A stretch of DNA of 64,000 nt from Bacilli bacterium (GCA_045627525.1 JAZQNW010000002.1:102304-166303), one strand, 5' to 3'; shown: positions 38,740 to 49,586, counted from the stretch's first letter. Notes: generated by a model not told the origin, from the letters alone. Numbers and translations are program-made.

Positions 38740-39729
38740 TTAGGCTTCTGATAAAATTTTAATATTATTTAATAAAACTCCTGTACCTTCTACTACACAT
38801 GTTAATGGATCATTAGCTATCGTTATCTCAACATTTAAGGCTTCAGCTATTGCTTCTCTTAAGCCTGCTAATAAGGCTCCTCCACCTGTTAGTACGATTC
38901 CTTTTTCAACAATATCAGATGATAATTCTGGATCTGTCTGTTCTAAAATATTTTTTGTTGTCATTATAATCTTATTAACACTGTCTTTTAATGCTAATTC
39001 TATATCTTCTTGATTTAATTCTATTATATCTGGTAAACCTGTTATTAAATTTCTTCCTTTAATAGACATTTTTTCTTTTTTATTAGGGCGATATACATTA
39101 GCTAAATTAATTTTAATATTTTCTGCTGTTCTATCACCTATTAATAATTTATAATGTTCTTTTACATATTTTATTATATCTGAGTCAAATGTATTGCCTG
39201 CTATTTTTAATGATGCGGAGTTTACAATTCCATTTAGTGATAAAATGGCTATGTCTGTAGTTCCTCCACCAATATCTATTACCATATTAGCTTCTGGTTT
39301 TGAAATATCCATTCCTGCTCCTATAGCTGCAACTTTTGGTTCTTCTTCAATATATACTTTTCTAGCTCCCATTCTTTCTGCGGCTTCTTTGATGGCATTT
39401 CGCTCAACAGGAGTAATATTAGTTGGACAACAGATAAGAATCCTTGGTCTTGAAAATAAATTTCTAGCTTTTATTTTTTTTATAAAATTATCTAACATTA
39501 TTTCTGTCACTTCAAAATCAGCAATTACCCCATCTTTTAACGGTCTGATAGCTTTGATTTTTCCTGGAGTTCTGCCAATCATTGCATGTGCTTCGTCTCC
39601 TACGGCTATAACTCGTTTAGTGTCTGTTTCTAAAGCTACTATGCTAGGTTCATTTAAAACAATACCTTCATTTTTTATATAGATTAGTACATTAGCTGTG
39701 CCTAAGTCTATTCCTATATCCTTAGCCAT
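38740..39729 (-). CDS. mbl: MreB-like protein Mbl
   Basis: DIGIDLGTAN, RPLKDGVIADF, DIGGGTTD, LTGGGALL; synteny with spoIIQ. Confidence 0.88.
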   Translation of the reverse strand: MAKDIGIDLGTANVLIYIKNEGIVLNEPSIVALETDTKRVIAVGDEAHAMIGRTPGKIKAIRPLKDGVIADFEVTEIMLDNFIKKIKARNLFSRPRILICCPTNITPVERNAIKEAAERMGARKVYIEEEPKVAAIGAGMDISKPEANMVIDIGGGTTDIAILSLNGIVNSASLKIAGNTFDSDIIKYVKEHYKLLIGDRTAENIKINLANVYRPNKKEKMSIKGRNLITGLPDIIELNQEDIELALKDSVNKIIMTTKNILEQTDPELSSDIVEKGIVLTGGGALLAGLREAIAEALNVEITIANDPLTCVVEGTGVLLNNIKILSEA

Positions 39730-39764
39730 CTTTTCACTTCCTTTCTTTAGTAAAAAAAGAGAAT

Positions 39765-40403
39765 TTATTCACTCTCTTTATTACTTTTTGGTATTTCTTT
39801 ATCTAAATAAAGAGTTGGATCTACTACTTGACCATTAGCATAAAATTCAAAATGTAAGTGATTACCAATTTCTTTATCTAATTCATTTGTTCCACTTTTA
39901 CCGATTACTTGGCCTTGATTTACAGTATCACCTTTTTTTACTGATACTTCAGATAAACTTTGGTAAATTGTTATATAATCGTTATTATGTTTTATTTCTA
40001 TTGTTTTTCCCAATGTTTCATTATCTGTTATTTCAGTTACTGTCCCATCTAATACACTAACTACATCAAATACATTCTCATTTACAAAGTCTATTCCTGA
40101 ATTTTGCATATAAGTATTTTCATGATATACAATTGACTTTTCTTGACTAGATGCATCTCCTTTATAATCATAAAAATATTTTCCTATAGTTACTGTTGCT
40201 TCAGTATATGGATTAATAATTTTGGCTGTTGTATTAATAACTGCTATATCATTATCAAGAATAGTATTTGTTACATAATCCACTGGATTCTTTTCATTTA
40301 AATTTGATTCCTTCATATTAATAATACTAACAAATACACCACTTATTAATAAGAATGCTGCTAATGATGGTATTACATAAGACTTCAATTTTCTTCTTCT
40401 CAT
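39765..40403 (-). CDS. spoIIQ: M23 family peptidase, SpoIIQ-like
   Basis: N-terminal TM, FYD, degenerate NSGID, YQSL, GNHLHFE; RBS-supported start at 40403; sigmaF-like GTATA..GGTTAAAACT upstream. Confidence 0.7.
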   Translation of the reverse strand: MRRRKLKSYVIPSLAAFLLISGVFVSIINMKESNLNEKNPVDYVTNTILDNDIAVINTTAKIINPYTEATVTIGKYFYDYKGDASSQEKSIVYHENTYMQNSGIDFVNENVFDVVSVLDGTVTEITDNETLGKTIEIKHNNDYITIYQSLSEVSVKKGDTVNQGQVIGKSGTNELDKEIGNHLHFEFYANGQVVDPTLYLDKEIPKSNKESE

Positions 40404-40454
40404 TTTTTTCACCTCATTATAAGTTTTAACCAAAAAAAAAGATTTATACTTCTT

Positions 40455-40652
40455 TTAAAAAATTTTTCCAGAAGTAAATAAATCCATTACAAAATTAGTT
40501 ACTAAATATATAATTGAAATAGCTAATAAAAAGTAAAAAACTCGTGCTTGTAATATTTTATTTTTTTTAAAAATTTGATTTATATTTACTGAATCTAATG
40601 ACCATATTACTAATATTGTTACAAGTATATAAACAAAAAATTTTGCACTCAT
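40455..40652 (-). CDS. DUF1146 (YwzB) membrane protein
   Basis: WSLDSVNINQIFKK..QAR..LV.NF signature. Confidence 0.85.
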   Translation of the reverse strand: MSAKFFVYILVTILVIWSLDSVNINQIFKKNKILQARVFYFLLAISIIYLVTNFVMDLFTSGKIF

Positions 40653-41095
40653 TAATGTTTATCCTCATATTCTGTTATTTTATTAATTCTTCTTTGATGT
40701 TTTTCTAAATTTGAAAAAGGTGTTTCAATAAATGTTTTTACAATATTTATAGCTGATTCTAAACTTGTATTTTCTCCAAAAGCTACTATATTAGAATCAT
40801 TATCTATTCTTGTAACTTCAGCTTCTTCTTTAGTCGTAACTTTTGCACATCTTATTCCTTTTACTTTATTGCAAGCTATACTTATTCCAATTCCTGATCC
40901 ACAAATAGCTATTCCAAATTCTACTGTTTTATTGGCAACATTTTCTCCTAATTTAAAGGCATAATCTGGATAATCTGTTGATTCTTGTGAATTTGTTCCA
41001 TAGTCTACTATTTCATAATTCATTTTTTTAAATTCTTCAATTAATTTTATTTTTAATTCATAACCTCTATGATCACTTGCAAAACCTAATTTCAT
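40652..41095 (-). CDS. rpiB: Ribose-5-phosphate isomerase B
   Basis: SDHRG, DYPDYA, CGSGIG, NKVKGIRCA, HQRRI. Confidence 0.92.
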   Translation of the reverse strand: MKLGFASDHRGYELKIKLIEEFKKMNYEIVDYGTNSQESTDYPDYAFKLGENVANKTVEFGIAICGSGIGISIACNKVKGIRCAKVTTKEEAEVTRIDNDSNIVAFGENTSLESAINIVKTFIETPFSNLEKHQRRINKITEYEDKH

Positions 41096-41165
41096 ATTCT
41101 TTCACCTCGATAATATTTATGATTTAATTATAACATATTAATATTTATAAAAACAAAAAAGCTGA

Positions 41166-41381
41166 TTATTCAGCTTCTTTTTGTGTAAATCCATATTTTC
41201 TGTTAAATTTATCAACACGACCTGCGCGTGATGCTCTACTTTGTTTTCCTGTATAGAATGGATGACATTTTGAACAAACTTCAACATTAATTTCTGATTT
41301 TGTAGATTTTGTTGTGAAAGTTTCTCCGCATGCACAAGTTACTGTACAATCCATAACTTCTGGATGTATTCCTTTTTTCAT
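41166..41381 (-). CDS. rpmE: 50S ribosomal protein L31 (Zn-binding type)
   Basis: [21 protein letters not shown]. Confidence 0.96.
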   Translation of the reverse strand: MKKGIHPEVMDCTVTCACGETFTTKSTKSEINVEVCSKCHPFYTGKQSRASRAGRVDKFNRKYGFTQKEAE

Positions 41382-41385
41382 ACTA

Positions 41386-41420
41386 TCTCTCCTTCCGCCA
41401 TGACAACATTTGTCATAGTA
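41386..41420 (-). promoter_or_regulatory. Putative L31 ribosomal leader RNA
   Basis: Hairpin ATGACAA-atg-TTGTCAT followed by GGCGGAAGGAG directly before rpmE. Confidence 0.55.
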
Positions 41421-41450
41421 ATTAAATGCGTTATTAGTATAGCAACTATT

Positions 41451-42182
41451 TTATAATTTTTCAAGTTTTTTTCTTATTTTTGTTATTATTTCTTTAGATA
41501 TTGCTTCATATCCCTGTCTATTTGGATAAATACTTAGTGAATTTTCTCTATAATTATTGTTTTTAAATAGCTTATTAATATCAATATATATTATTTCTTT
41601 ATTACTTTGTAATATGTTATTTAAATTACTTAAAGCCTCCGTATAGATAGTACTGTTTGGATAAATATTATAATATCCTATAACATATATGTCATATTGA
41701 TAATACATTTTTATTTCTTTTATTAAATTATTATATGATGTTAGTATTTTTTTATTAATATTATTAATATTATAGGTATTATAATTATCAATTGTACTCA
41801 TTAAATATAATAGGTCATTTAAACCAACATTTATTGTTAATATTGTTGATTCTCTTAATTCTCTTCTTAAATTATATTCTTTTTTATTTAAAACTATCTT
41901 TTTATTATTTTTTATATCATTGTATAAACTTAAAATTGAAGAATCTTTTTCTGAAAATGATTTTATATATTTGTTTAAGTAATTATTATCTTGTAAGAAA
42001 TCCTTTACATAGTCACTATAGCCATAATCTATTTGACCATAGCAATCTATTCCTAAGGCATAACCATCTCCTATTGCTAAATAATTTTGATTATTTTTGT
42101 TGTTGGTTTTAAAAATTACAAAGATTGATAAAAAAACGCATATTGTTATAAGTAATTTGTAGTGTTTTAGTAAGAATCGCAT
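41451..42182 (-). CDS. SGNH/GDSL hydrolase family protein (degenerate motifs)
   Basis: YLAIGDG (block I, Ser replaced by Gly), GLND, IYPN..GY (His replaced by Tyr). Confidence 0.7.
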   Translation of the reverse strand: MRFLLKHYKLLITICVFLSIFVIFKTNNKNNQNYLAIGDGYALGIDCYGQIDYGYSDYVKDFLQDNNYLNKYIKSFSEKDSSILSLYNDIKNNKKIVLNKKEYNLRRELRESTILTINVGLNDLLYLMSTIDNYNTYNINNINKKILTSYNNLIKEIKMYYQYDIYVIGYYNIYPNSTIYTEALSNLNNILQSNKEIIYIDINKLFKNNNYRENSLSIYPNRQGYEAISKEIITKIRKKLEKL

Positions 42183-42212
42183 ATTACCTCCAAAAAAAAG
42201 AAATATATTAAA

Positions 42213-43466
42213 TTATATTTCTTTTATTCTTACTTTAGCACCTACACCTGTTAGTTTTTCTACAATTTGCTCATAACCTCTTAAGATATGTTCTACATTT
42301 GTAATTACCGTTGTTCCTTCTGCTTTTAATGCAGCACAAACCATAGCTGCTCCTGCTCGTAAGTCTGTTGCGACTACTGGAGTACCTTTTAATCTTGTAG
42401 GTCCAATAATTGTTGCTGTTTGATTTTTTACTACAATATCTGATCCTAGATCATTTAAATATGGAACATGCATAAATCTATTTTCAAATATTGTTTCTAT
42501 TACTTTAGATTTTCCTTTAGCCTGTGTTAATAAAACTGAGAATGGTTGCTGTAGATCTGTTGGAAAGCCTGGAAAAACTGCTGTCTTAACATTTGTTGCT
42601 TTGTATTCGTCTTGACTATTAACAATAACGTAATCTGAACCTATTTCTAACTCTACGCCTATCTCTTCTAGTTTTGATAATAGTGCATCTACGTGTTCAG
42701 GAATAACATTGTCTATTTTTAAATGGTTACCGCAAAGAGCTCCTATAATTATATATGTCCCAGCTTCAATACGATCTGGTATTACTTCATGGAAACATTT
42801 ATGCAAGTGTTCTACCCCTTCAATAGTTATTGTTGAAGTACCAGCTCCTGTAATTTTGGCACCCATATTATTTAAAAATGTTGCTACATTAACTATTTCA
42901 GGTTCTTTTGCTGCATTATCAATAACTGTTTTTCCTTTTGCTTTTACTGCAGCAAGCATTATATTTATTGTTGCACCTACTGATGCAAAATCTAAATATA
43001 TGTTTGCGCCTTTTAGTTCTTCTGCTTCTATTGTATATTTATTGCTTTCAATTGTAACAGTTGCTCCTAATGCTTCAAAACCCTTTAAGTGCAAGTCTAT
43101 TGGTCTTGCTCCAATTGAACATCCTCCAGGGAAATACATACAAGCTTTTCCAAATTTACCTAAAAGTGCACCTAAAAAATAGTATGATGCTCTTAATTTT
43201 TTTGAAAAGTCCTCTGTTATTTCTTGATTAATCATTTTTGTTGGATCAACTATTACACTTTCACTTGCTCTTTTTACATTAACATTTAATTCTTTTAGAA
43301 TACTACATAAATCATCAGTATCTGTTATTTCTGGAACATTACATATTGTTGCTTCTTCATCTGTTAAAATAGCTGCTGGTATTAAAGCAACTGTTGCATT
43401 TTTAGCTCCACTTACGCGTATCATACCGTCGAGTTTGCGGCCACCATCTATTTCTAATATTTTCAT
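42213..43466 (-). CDS. murA: UDP-N-acetylglucosamine 1-carboxyvinyltransferase
   Basis: SGAKNA, LRASYY, PGGCSIGARPIDLH, PDRIEAGT, DLRAGA. Confidence 0.96.
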   Translation of the reverse strand: MKILEIDGGRKLDGMIRVSGAKNATVALIPAAILTDEEATICNVPEITDTDDLCSILKELNVNVKRASESVIVDPTKMINQEITEDFSKKLRASYYFLGALLGKFGKACMYFPGGCSIGARPIDLHLKGFEALGATVTIESNKYTIEAEELKGANIYLDFASVGATINIMLAAVKAKGKTVIDNAAKEPEIVNVATFLNNMGAKITGAGTSTITIEGVEHLHKCFHEVIPDRIEAGTYIIIGALCGNHLKIDNVIPEHVDALLSKLEEIGVELEIGSDYVIVNSQDEYKATNVKTAVFPGFPTDLQQPFSVLLTQAKGKSKVIETIFENRFMHVPYLNDLGSDIVVKNQTATIIGPTRLKGTPVVATDLRAGAAMVCAALKAEGTTVITNVEHILRGYEQIVEKLTGVGAKVRIKEI

Positions 43467-43494
43467 ATTTTACCTCCGTATTTACTACTATATT

Positions 43495-44340
43495 TTATAA
43501 TCTTGTTTCAAATAATGTTACTATTTCATCTATTCTTTTTTTCATTGATTCTTCGCCACTACCTATGATTTTTCTTGGATCATAAATTTCATTATTGTCT
43601 ATTATATATTTTTTTACTGACTTAGACCAATTTGTTTGTAAATCTGTATTTATATTTATTTTAGAAATTCCATTTGATATAGATTTTTTTATCTGATCAT
43701 CTGAAATGCCTGTTCCACCGTGTAAAACTATTGGAATAGGTAGCTTTTCATTTAATATTTTCATTGTTTCAAAATCTAAATTTGGTTTTTCTTTATATAA
43801 ACCATGATGGTTTCCTAATGCAGGTGCTAGAGCATCTAATTTTGTTTCGCTATATATTTTCTGGCAATCTTCTAGAGTTGCATTTTTTATTAATTGATCT
43901 CCTTCTTTGCCAATATATCCTACTTCGCCTTCGACACTAACGTTTTTTTGATGAGCATAGTCAACTACTTGTTTTGTAATATCGATATTTGTATTCAAAT
44001 TTTTATCGGATGCATCAATCATAACACTGGTAAATCCTGCGTCTATAGCCTTTTTGCAGGAATCAATACTTGAACCATGATCTAAATGTAAGCATACTGG
44101 TATTTTTATATTTAAATCCTTTATCATTGCTTGTACCAGTTGACTAACAACATTGTATCCGCCCATATATTTAATTGCACCTTCACTTACTCCTAAAATT
44201 ACTGGTACATTTAACTTATTACATTCTTCTAATATATATTTTGTCCATTCTAAATTATTAATATTAAAATGTGGTACTGCATAATGTTCTAATTTAGCTT
44301 TATGTAATATTTTATTAAAATTTACGAGCACTCTTATCAC
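43495..44340 (-). CDS. fba: Class II fructose-bisphosphate aldolase
   Basis: FNINNLE, LHLDHG, GFTSVMIDAS, HGGTG, KININT, YDPRK. Confidence 0.93.
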   Translation of the reverse strand: MIRVLVNFNKILHKAKLEHYAVPHFNINNLEWTKYILEECNKLNVPVILGVSEGAIKYMGGYNVVSQLVQAMIKDLNIKIPVCLHLDHGSSIDSCKKAIDAGFTSVMIDASDKNLNTNIDITKQVVDYAHQKNVSVEGEVGYIGKEGDQLIKNATLEDCQKIYSETKLDALAPALGNHHGLYKEKPNLDFETMKILNEKLPIPIVLHGGTGISDDQIKKSISNGISKININTDLQTNWSKSVKKYIIDNNEIYDPRKIIGSGEESMKKRIDEIVTLFETRL

Positions 44341-44418
44341 CCAATTAAATCATAAGAAAAAGCTTTAATTTTGTCAATAAATTAGGCATATTATATAGTA
44401 AAAAAACGTAAATTTTTA

Positions 44419-44940
44419 TTATAAATACTTATCAATTATTTCTTTTATAAACGATGTGTATTCTACTTCATTTGTATTATTTTCATCGCCTTCTAAAAGA
44501 CATAGTGGTGGAAATAGTACACACCAGAAATTTTCACCCAGACCATCTCCTAAAGTTACTACTAATGATTCATACTCTCCTTCTTCATATGTTAAGCCTT
44601 TATATTCTTTTTTTGGAAAATAGTTAACGCCATAATTTATTGTATATTTCTTATTATATTTAGCCGATTCTAGTGTATGATTTATAATTTCGTCAAAAAC
44701 AGGTATATTTTGTTCTATTTTATTGCGTGATTCTTCAATGCTTGTTGAATTACTTGTAATAGTACTCAACTCAGTAGATAAATTATTTGCTACTACTTTT
44801 TTTATATTTTGATCATATTCATCATTACTATTAGCAATAACTCTAAAGCGAATAGAATTTTTAGGTATTATTACTTTTTCTGGTTTTATTGTACTTATCG
44901 TTAATATTATAATAGTTATTATTAATAAAATTTTTTTCAT
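44419..44940 (-). CDS. spoIIR: Stage II sporulation protein R
   Basis: IRFRVIANSN..DQ, FPKKEY, GEYESL..LGDGLGENFWCVLFPPLC. Confidence 0.93.
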   Translation of the reverse strand: MKKILLIITIIILTISTIKPEKVIIPKNSIRFRVIANSNDEYDQNIKKVVANNLSTELSTITSNSTSIEESRNKIEQNIPVFDEIINHTLESAKYNKKYTINYGVNYFPKKEYKGLTYEEGEYESLVVTLGDGLGENFWCVLFPPLCLLEGDENNTNEVEYTSFIKEIIDKYL

Positions 44941-44986
44941 TTAAAAACCTCACTTTCATATTAATTGTGAGGTTTCTTTTTATTTT

Positions 44987-45811
44987 TTATTCAAGATTTT
45001 GAAAAATAAATATCATTCTATCTTTTTCAGATAGATCTTTTTTTATTTCTATTTTTGAAGTTGGTAATACTTTTTTTATAAGCTCTTTTATTTGTTCAGC
45101 TTGAGTCATTCCTATTTCAAATGCTACTAAGCATCTTTCTTTCATATGTTCAGGCAAACTATTTATTATTTTTTTATAACAATCTAGACCATCTTCTCCT
45201 GCATACAAAGCTAAATGAGGTTCATTATTTTTAACAATATCTTCTATTTCTTCGGTTGTTTTGATATATGGTGGATTACTAATAATAATGTCATATTTTT
45301 TTGTTATATTTTCAAACATATCACTTTGGATAAGATTGGCCTTAGAATTTAAATATCCACAGTTTTTGTTAGTAACTTCGAGTGCTTCTTTACTAATATC
45401 TATTAAATCCACAGAATTTGTGGAAAGTTTTTTTTCTAAAGTTAATCCTATTACACCACTTCCACAACCTAAATCAATAATATCTAATGGCTCTTTAAAA
45501 TATTTATTTGCATATTTTATAGTGTTTTCAACTAATTCTTCCGTCTCAAATCGTGGTATTAGAACATTTTTGTCAACATAAAAGTTGTTGCCAAAAAAGT
45601 TTACATAGCCAATTACATATTGAATTGGCTTTCCCTCTTCTACTGCTTCTACAGCCTTTTTATATGTTTCTACTATTTCTTCTGGTACTTCTTCGTTTAA
45701 ATAATTTAACAATTCTAGGGCATTTTTGTTTAGTAATTCTGCTAATATAATTTTGGCATGATCGGAATGGATGTGCTGCTTAGCAAAAAACAGAAGATTT
45801 TCTACTGTCAT
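44987..45811 (-). CDS. prmC: Release factor glutamine methyltransferase
   Basis: PIQYVIG, VLIPRFETEEL, DLGCGSG, SNPPY. Confidence 0.95.
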   Translation of the reverse strand: MTVENLLFFAKQHIHSDHAKIILAELLNKNALELLNYLNEEVPEEIVETYKKAVEAVEEGKPIQYVIGYVNFFGNNFYVDKNVLIPRFETEELVENTIKYANKYFKEPLDIIDLGCGSGVIGLTLEKKLSTNSVDLIDISKEALEVTNKNCGYLNSKANLIQSDMFENITKKYDIIISNPPYIKTTEEIEDIVKNNEPHLALYAGEDGLDCYKKIINSLPEHMKERCLVAFEIGMTQAEQIKELIKKVLPTSKIEIKKDLSEKDRMIFIFQNLE

Positions 45812-46878
45812 TATTCTTCTGTTTCTCCTCTTAATTTTCTTTTTTGGTCTTCTTGAATTAGTGCATTTATTACATCATCTAAATCGCCATCCATTACACG
45901 ATCTAGATTTTTAGTTGTATATCCTATTCTATGGTCTGTTACACGGTTTTGTGGATAGTTATATGTTCTGATTTTTTCAGCACGATCTCCTGTACCAATT
46001 TTACTACGTCTTTCGGCTCCAGCTTCTTCTAATTGTTTTTGTTGTTCTAATTCATATAATCTTGTTTTTAAAACTTTCATTGCTTGTTCTTTATTTTGAA
46101 TTTGACTTCTTTCATTTTGACAAGTAACTACTGTATTTGTTGGTAAATGTGTAATTCTAACTGCTGAATCTGTTGTATTTACTCCTTGTCCACCGCAACC
46201 ACTAGAACGATAAATATCAATACGTAAATCATTTGGATTAATTTCAATATCTATATCATCATCTGCTTCTGGCATTACTAAAACTGTTGCTGTTGATGTT
46301 TGAAGACGTCCATTTGATTCTGTTACTGGGACACGTTGAACTCTATGAGATCCACTTTCATATTTTAATAATGAATAAGCATTTGATCCTTTTACTATAA
46401 ATTCTATTTGGCTAAATCCACCAGCTGTTCCTTCTACCGAATTATATACTTGATATGTAAATCCTTGTTTTTCAGCGTATCTTGTATACATTCTAAATAA
46501 ATCTCCGGCAAAAATATTTGCTTCGTCTCCACCAGCTGCTCCTCTAATTTCAATTACTACATTTTTTCCATCATTAGGATCTTTAGGAATTAATAATATT
46601 TCTAATTCACCATCTAATGTTGTTTTTTCTGACTCTAATAATTTTAATTCTTCTTTTGCCATTTCACCTAGTTCAGGATCTTTAGTCATTTCTTTAGTAT
46701 TTTCAATGTCTTCTAATACTTTTTTATATTTTTTGTAGCATACTACTATATCTTCTAGATTAGACATTTCTTTTGAATACTCTCTAGTCTTTTTTATATC
46801 ATTTAATACTTCAGGTTTAGTTAATTCATTTTCTAAATATAAATATTTTTCTAAAGTTGCTTCTAATCGTTCTATCAT
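45811..46878 (-). CDS. prfA: Peptide chain release factor 1
   Basis: PVT anticodon-mimic, GGQ, EKIRTYNYPQNRVTDHRI. Confidence 0.97.
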   Translation of the reverse strand: MIERLEATLEKYLYLENELTKPEVLNDIKKTREYSKEMSNLEDIVVCYKKYKKVLEDIENTKEMTKDPELGEMAKEELKLLESEKTTLDGELEILLIPKDPNDGKNVVIEIRGAAGGDEANIFAGDLFRMYTRYAEKQGFTYQVYNSVEGTAGGFSQIEFIVKGSNAYSLLKYESGSHRVQRVPVTESNGRLQTSTATVLVMPEADDDIDIEINPNDLRIDIYRSSGCGGQGVNTTDSAVRITHLPTNTVVTCQNERSQIQNKEQAMKVLKTRLYELEQQKQLEEAGAERRSKIGTGDRAEKIRTYNYPQNRVTDHRIGYTTKNLDRVMDGDLDDVINALIQEDQKRKLRGETEE

Positions 46879-46941
46879 ATTTTCACCCTTTCCATGTAAT
46901 CACGAGTATTATACCATATTTCTTTTAAGAAAAAAACTAGA

Positions 46942-47385
46942 TTATTGTTCTAGTTCTAATTCATCTTCATCGATAATTACTAAATCTTTTAGTTCTTCAT
47001 TTGCATCATCATCATAATTATCGTCGTCAGTATCATCATATGAATCTTCTTCATTTTGATCTTCTTGTTCTTCTTTTGGTTCTTCTTCTGATTCCTCATC
47101 ATCTTCTTCGTCTGCTAATTTTAATACTTTATCAGAAGTATGGCGACTTCTTAAATCCCAAGTACCATCTTCTAACATTATAAATCTTTTATCAGTAGTT
47201 AGTGATGTATAATAATCAGCTATTTTCTTTTCAAAAGTACTTTCTGGTAATTCTAATAATTTTATAATTTTTTTAAACAAATCTGCTGTATTGATAGATT
47301 TTTTACTTTCTTCCAATATTAGATTTGTGATATCTTTGTTTGATAATAATTCTAATTCGTCTTTGTTCATTTTTTTTAAGCTCAT
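46942..47385 (-). CDS. rpoE: RNA polymerase delta subunit
   Basis: YTSLTTDKRF..WDLR plus acidic C-terminal tail. Confidence 0.88.
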   Translation of the reverse strand: MSLKKMNKDELELLSNKDITNLILEESKKSINTADLFKKIIKLLELPESTFEKKIADYYTSLTTDKRFIMLEDGTWDLRSRHTSDKVLKLADEEDDEESEEEPKEEQEDQNEEDSYDDTDDDNYDDDANEELKDLVIIDEDELELEQ

Positions 47386-47493
47386 ATTGACCTCCTATGT
47401 ATAAGACATTATATGTAATTTTTAGTATTTTGTACAACTAAGAAAAATACCAATAAACTTATATCATATATTTTTCTTAATTACAACAATTTT

Positions 47494-49239
47494 TTACATT
47501 TTTTCTGGGATGCTTATTCCAAGTGTATTTAATAGTAATGAGTTTATGTTATAAATTATTTTTGTTAAAACTAACCAAGATTCTCTTTTTTGTTCATTTT
47601 CTTCACTAAGAATTCTATTTTCTGCATAAAAGCTATTATATTGAGATGTTAGTTTATATAAATATTCTGCAATTTCATTTAGTGATTTTGATTCTAATGA
47701 TCTTGTTAATACATTTGGCATATTTAATATTGTTATAGCCAAATCTTTTTCTAGTTCTGATGATAGAATGCTAATTTTGTCTTGTGATAGTCCTTCTGCT
47801 TTATTTAAAAGTGATTTCATTCTTATAGTTGAATATAGCAAATATGGACCTGTCTTACCTTCTAAATCAGCAAATTTTTCAACATCAAATACAAAATCTG
47901 TTCCACGGAATGGTAAGAAATCAGCATATTTAATAGTTGCAATAGCAATTTGTCTAGATATAGTATTTCTTTCTGCTTCCGGAATATTTTCATTTAATCT
48001 TTTTAATGTTTCATTATTTACTTCTTCTATTAATGTTTTAAGTGGCATTACTCCACCATCTCTAGTTTTAAATGGTTTTCCATCTGGACCATTCATTGTT
48101 CCAAAACCGTAGTTTAATAATTTTACATTATCACCAACAATCCTAGCTTTTCTTGTTGCTCTAAATACTTGTTCAAAATGAAGAGACTGTCTTGCATCGG
48201 TAAAGTACCATATTTCATCTGGATTTTGTTCTTTCTTTCGTTGAAGAATTGTAGCTATATCTGTTGTTTCATAAGAAATAGTACCATTTGATTTAATAAA
48301 TAATAATGGAGGCATTGGAGAATTATCTTCTTCTGTTGCAACATTTATTATTTTGGCACCATTGCTATCTTCTAAAATATCTTCCTTATCTATTATTTCT
48401 TTTAATTCATCAAAATATTCAGCAGCATCGCTTTCTCCATACCATAATTCAAATTCAACATTTAATTCATCATACACTTTTTTGATATCTCTTTTTGAGA
48501 TTTCTATTACTTTCTTCCAAATATCATAATAACCTGGTACATGATGTTGAATTTTATAAGTTACTTCTCTTGCTTCTTCTAGATAAATTTCATCTTCTTT
48601 TGCTTTGCTTGATGCTAATGGATATATTTCTTCTAAGTCTTTATTGGTTATTGGTAAATCTAGTTCGGAATAGTCACCTGTGTAATTTTCATTAAAATAT
48701 TCTAAGTTTGGATAACGCTTTTTTATTTCTAAAACAACTAATCCTAATGGTCTACCATAATCACCAAGGTGAGCATCACCAATTACTTTATGGCCTAGTA
48801 ATTTAGCTAATCTTTTTATTGCTTCTCCTATATCTGCACTTCTTAAATGTCCAACGTGTAGGGCTTTAGCAACATTGGCACCACCATAGTCTATGATAAT
48901 AGTTTTTGCTTCTTGCTTATCTATATTTTTTTCTATGTCATCATTTATTTTACTTAATAATGATGATAAATATTCATTAGTTAAAGTTATATTTATAAAT
49001 CCTGGTCCAGCAATATTTAAATTAGTAAATCTAGGATCTTTTTCTAATTCATTTACGATTTCTTCAGCAATTGCACGAGGATTCTTACCATATTTTTTTG
49101 CTAATTGCATGGAATCATTTATTTGATATTGTCCTAAATCTGGTCTAGATGATATTTGTAATACCAAATTATCTAAATCATATCCAACATTTTTTATTAT
49201 CTTTTTTATATCTTGTTCTAATTCTTTTATTAAACTCAT
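47494..49239 (-). CDS. argS: Arginine--tRNA ligase
   Basis: AGPGFIN, NVAKALHVGHLRS, FKTRDG, GKTGPYLLY, IPEKM. Confidence 0.96.
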   Translation of the reverse strand: MSLIKELEQDIKKIIKNVGYDLDNLVLQISSRPDLGQYQINDSMQLAKKYGKNPRAIAEEIVNELEKDPRFTNLNIAGPGFINITLTNEYLSSLLSKINDDIEKNIDKQEAKTIIIDYGGANVAKALHVGHLRSADIGEAIKRLAKLLGHKVIGDAHLGDYGRPLGLVVLEIKKRYPNLEYFNENYTGDYSELDLPITNKDLEEIYPLASSKAKEDEIYLEEAREVTYKIQHHVPGYYDIWKKVIEISKRDIKKVYDELNVEFELWYGESDAAEYFDELKEIIDKEDILEDSNGAKIINVATEEDNSPMPPLLFIKSNGTISYETTDIATILQRKKEQNPDEIWYFTDARQSLHFEQVFRATRKARIVGDNVKLLNYGFGTMNGPDGKPFKTRDGGVMPLKTLIEEVNNETLKRLNENIPEAERNTISRQIAIATIKYADFLPFRGTDFVFDVEKFADLEGKTGPYLLYSTIRMKSLLNKAEGLSQDKISILSSELEKDLAITILNMPNVLTRSLESKSLNEIAEYLYKLTSQYNSFYAENRILSEENEQKRESWLVLTKIIYNINSLLLNTLGISIPEKM

Positions 49240-49586
49240 TCTATCACCTCTATTTTATATTCAAATTGATCTTTGTCTAGTGTATAGTTTATTTCTATTA
49301 TATTTTTTTTATTAATTAATTTATTGGTTTTAATATAAACATTTAAAACTTTATCTAAGTCTTTTATTAAAATACTTCCTTCTGTTTTACTATTTAAATC
49401 AAATTTATATTTAAGACGTAATTTATTATTATCTCTTATTAGCTCGTTATTTTTAAAATCATATAGTACTTTTGTTTTATCTTTTTCTGTGTATATTATT
49501 TTTTCATTATTTATTACAGCTGTTGTTGTATAATCACAAATTTCTTCATTATTTTTTATTTGTGTTTTTACTTTGTATTTTGGCAT
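49236..49586 (-). CDS. DUF1934 (YwiB-like) protein
   Basis: Beta-rich small protein directly upstream of argS, as in Bacilli. Confidence 0.65.
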   Translation of the reverse strand: MPKYKVKTQIKNNEEICDYTTTAVINNEKIIYTEKDKTKVLYDFKNNELIRDNNKLRLKYKFDLNSKTEGSILIKDLDKVLNVYIKTNKLINKKNIIEINYTLDKDQFEYKIEVIE

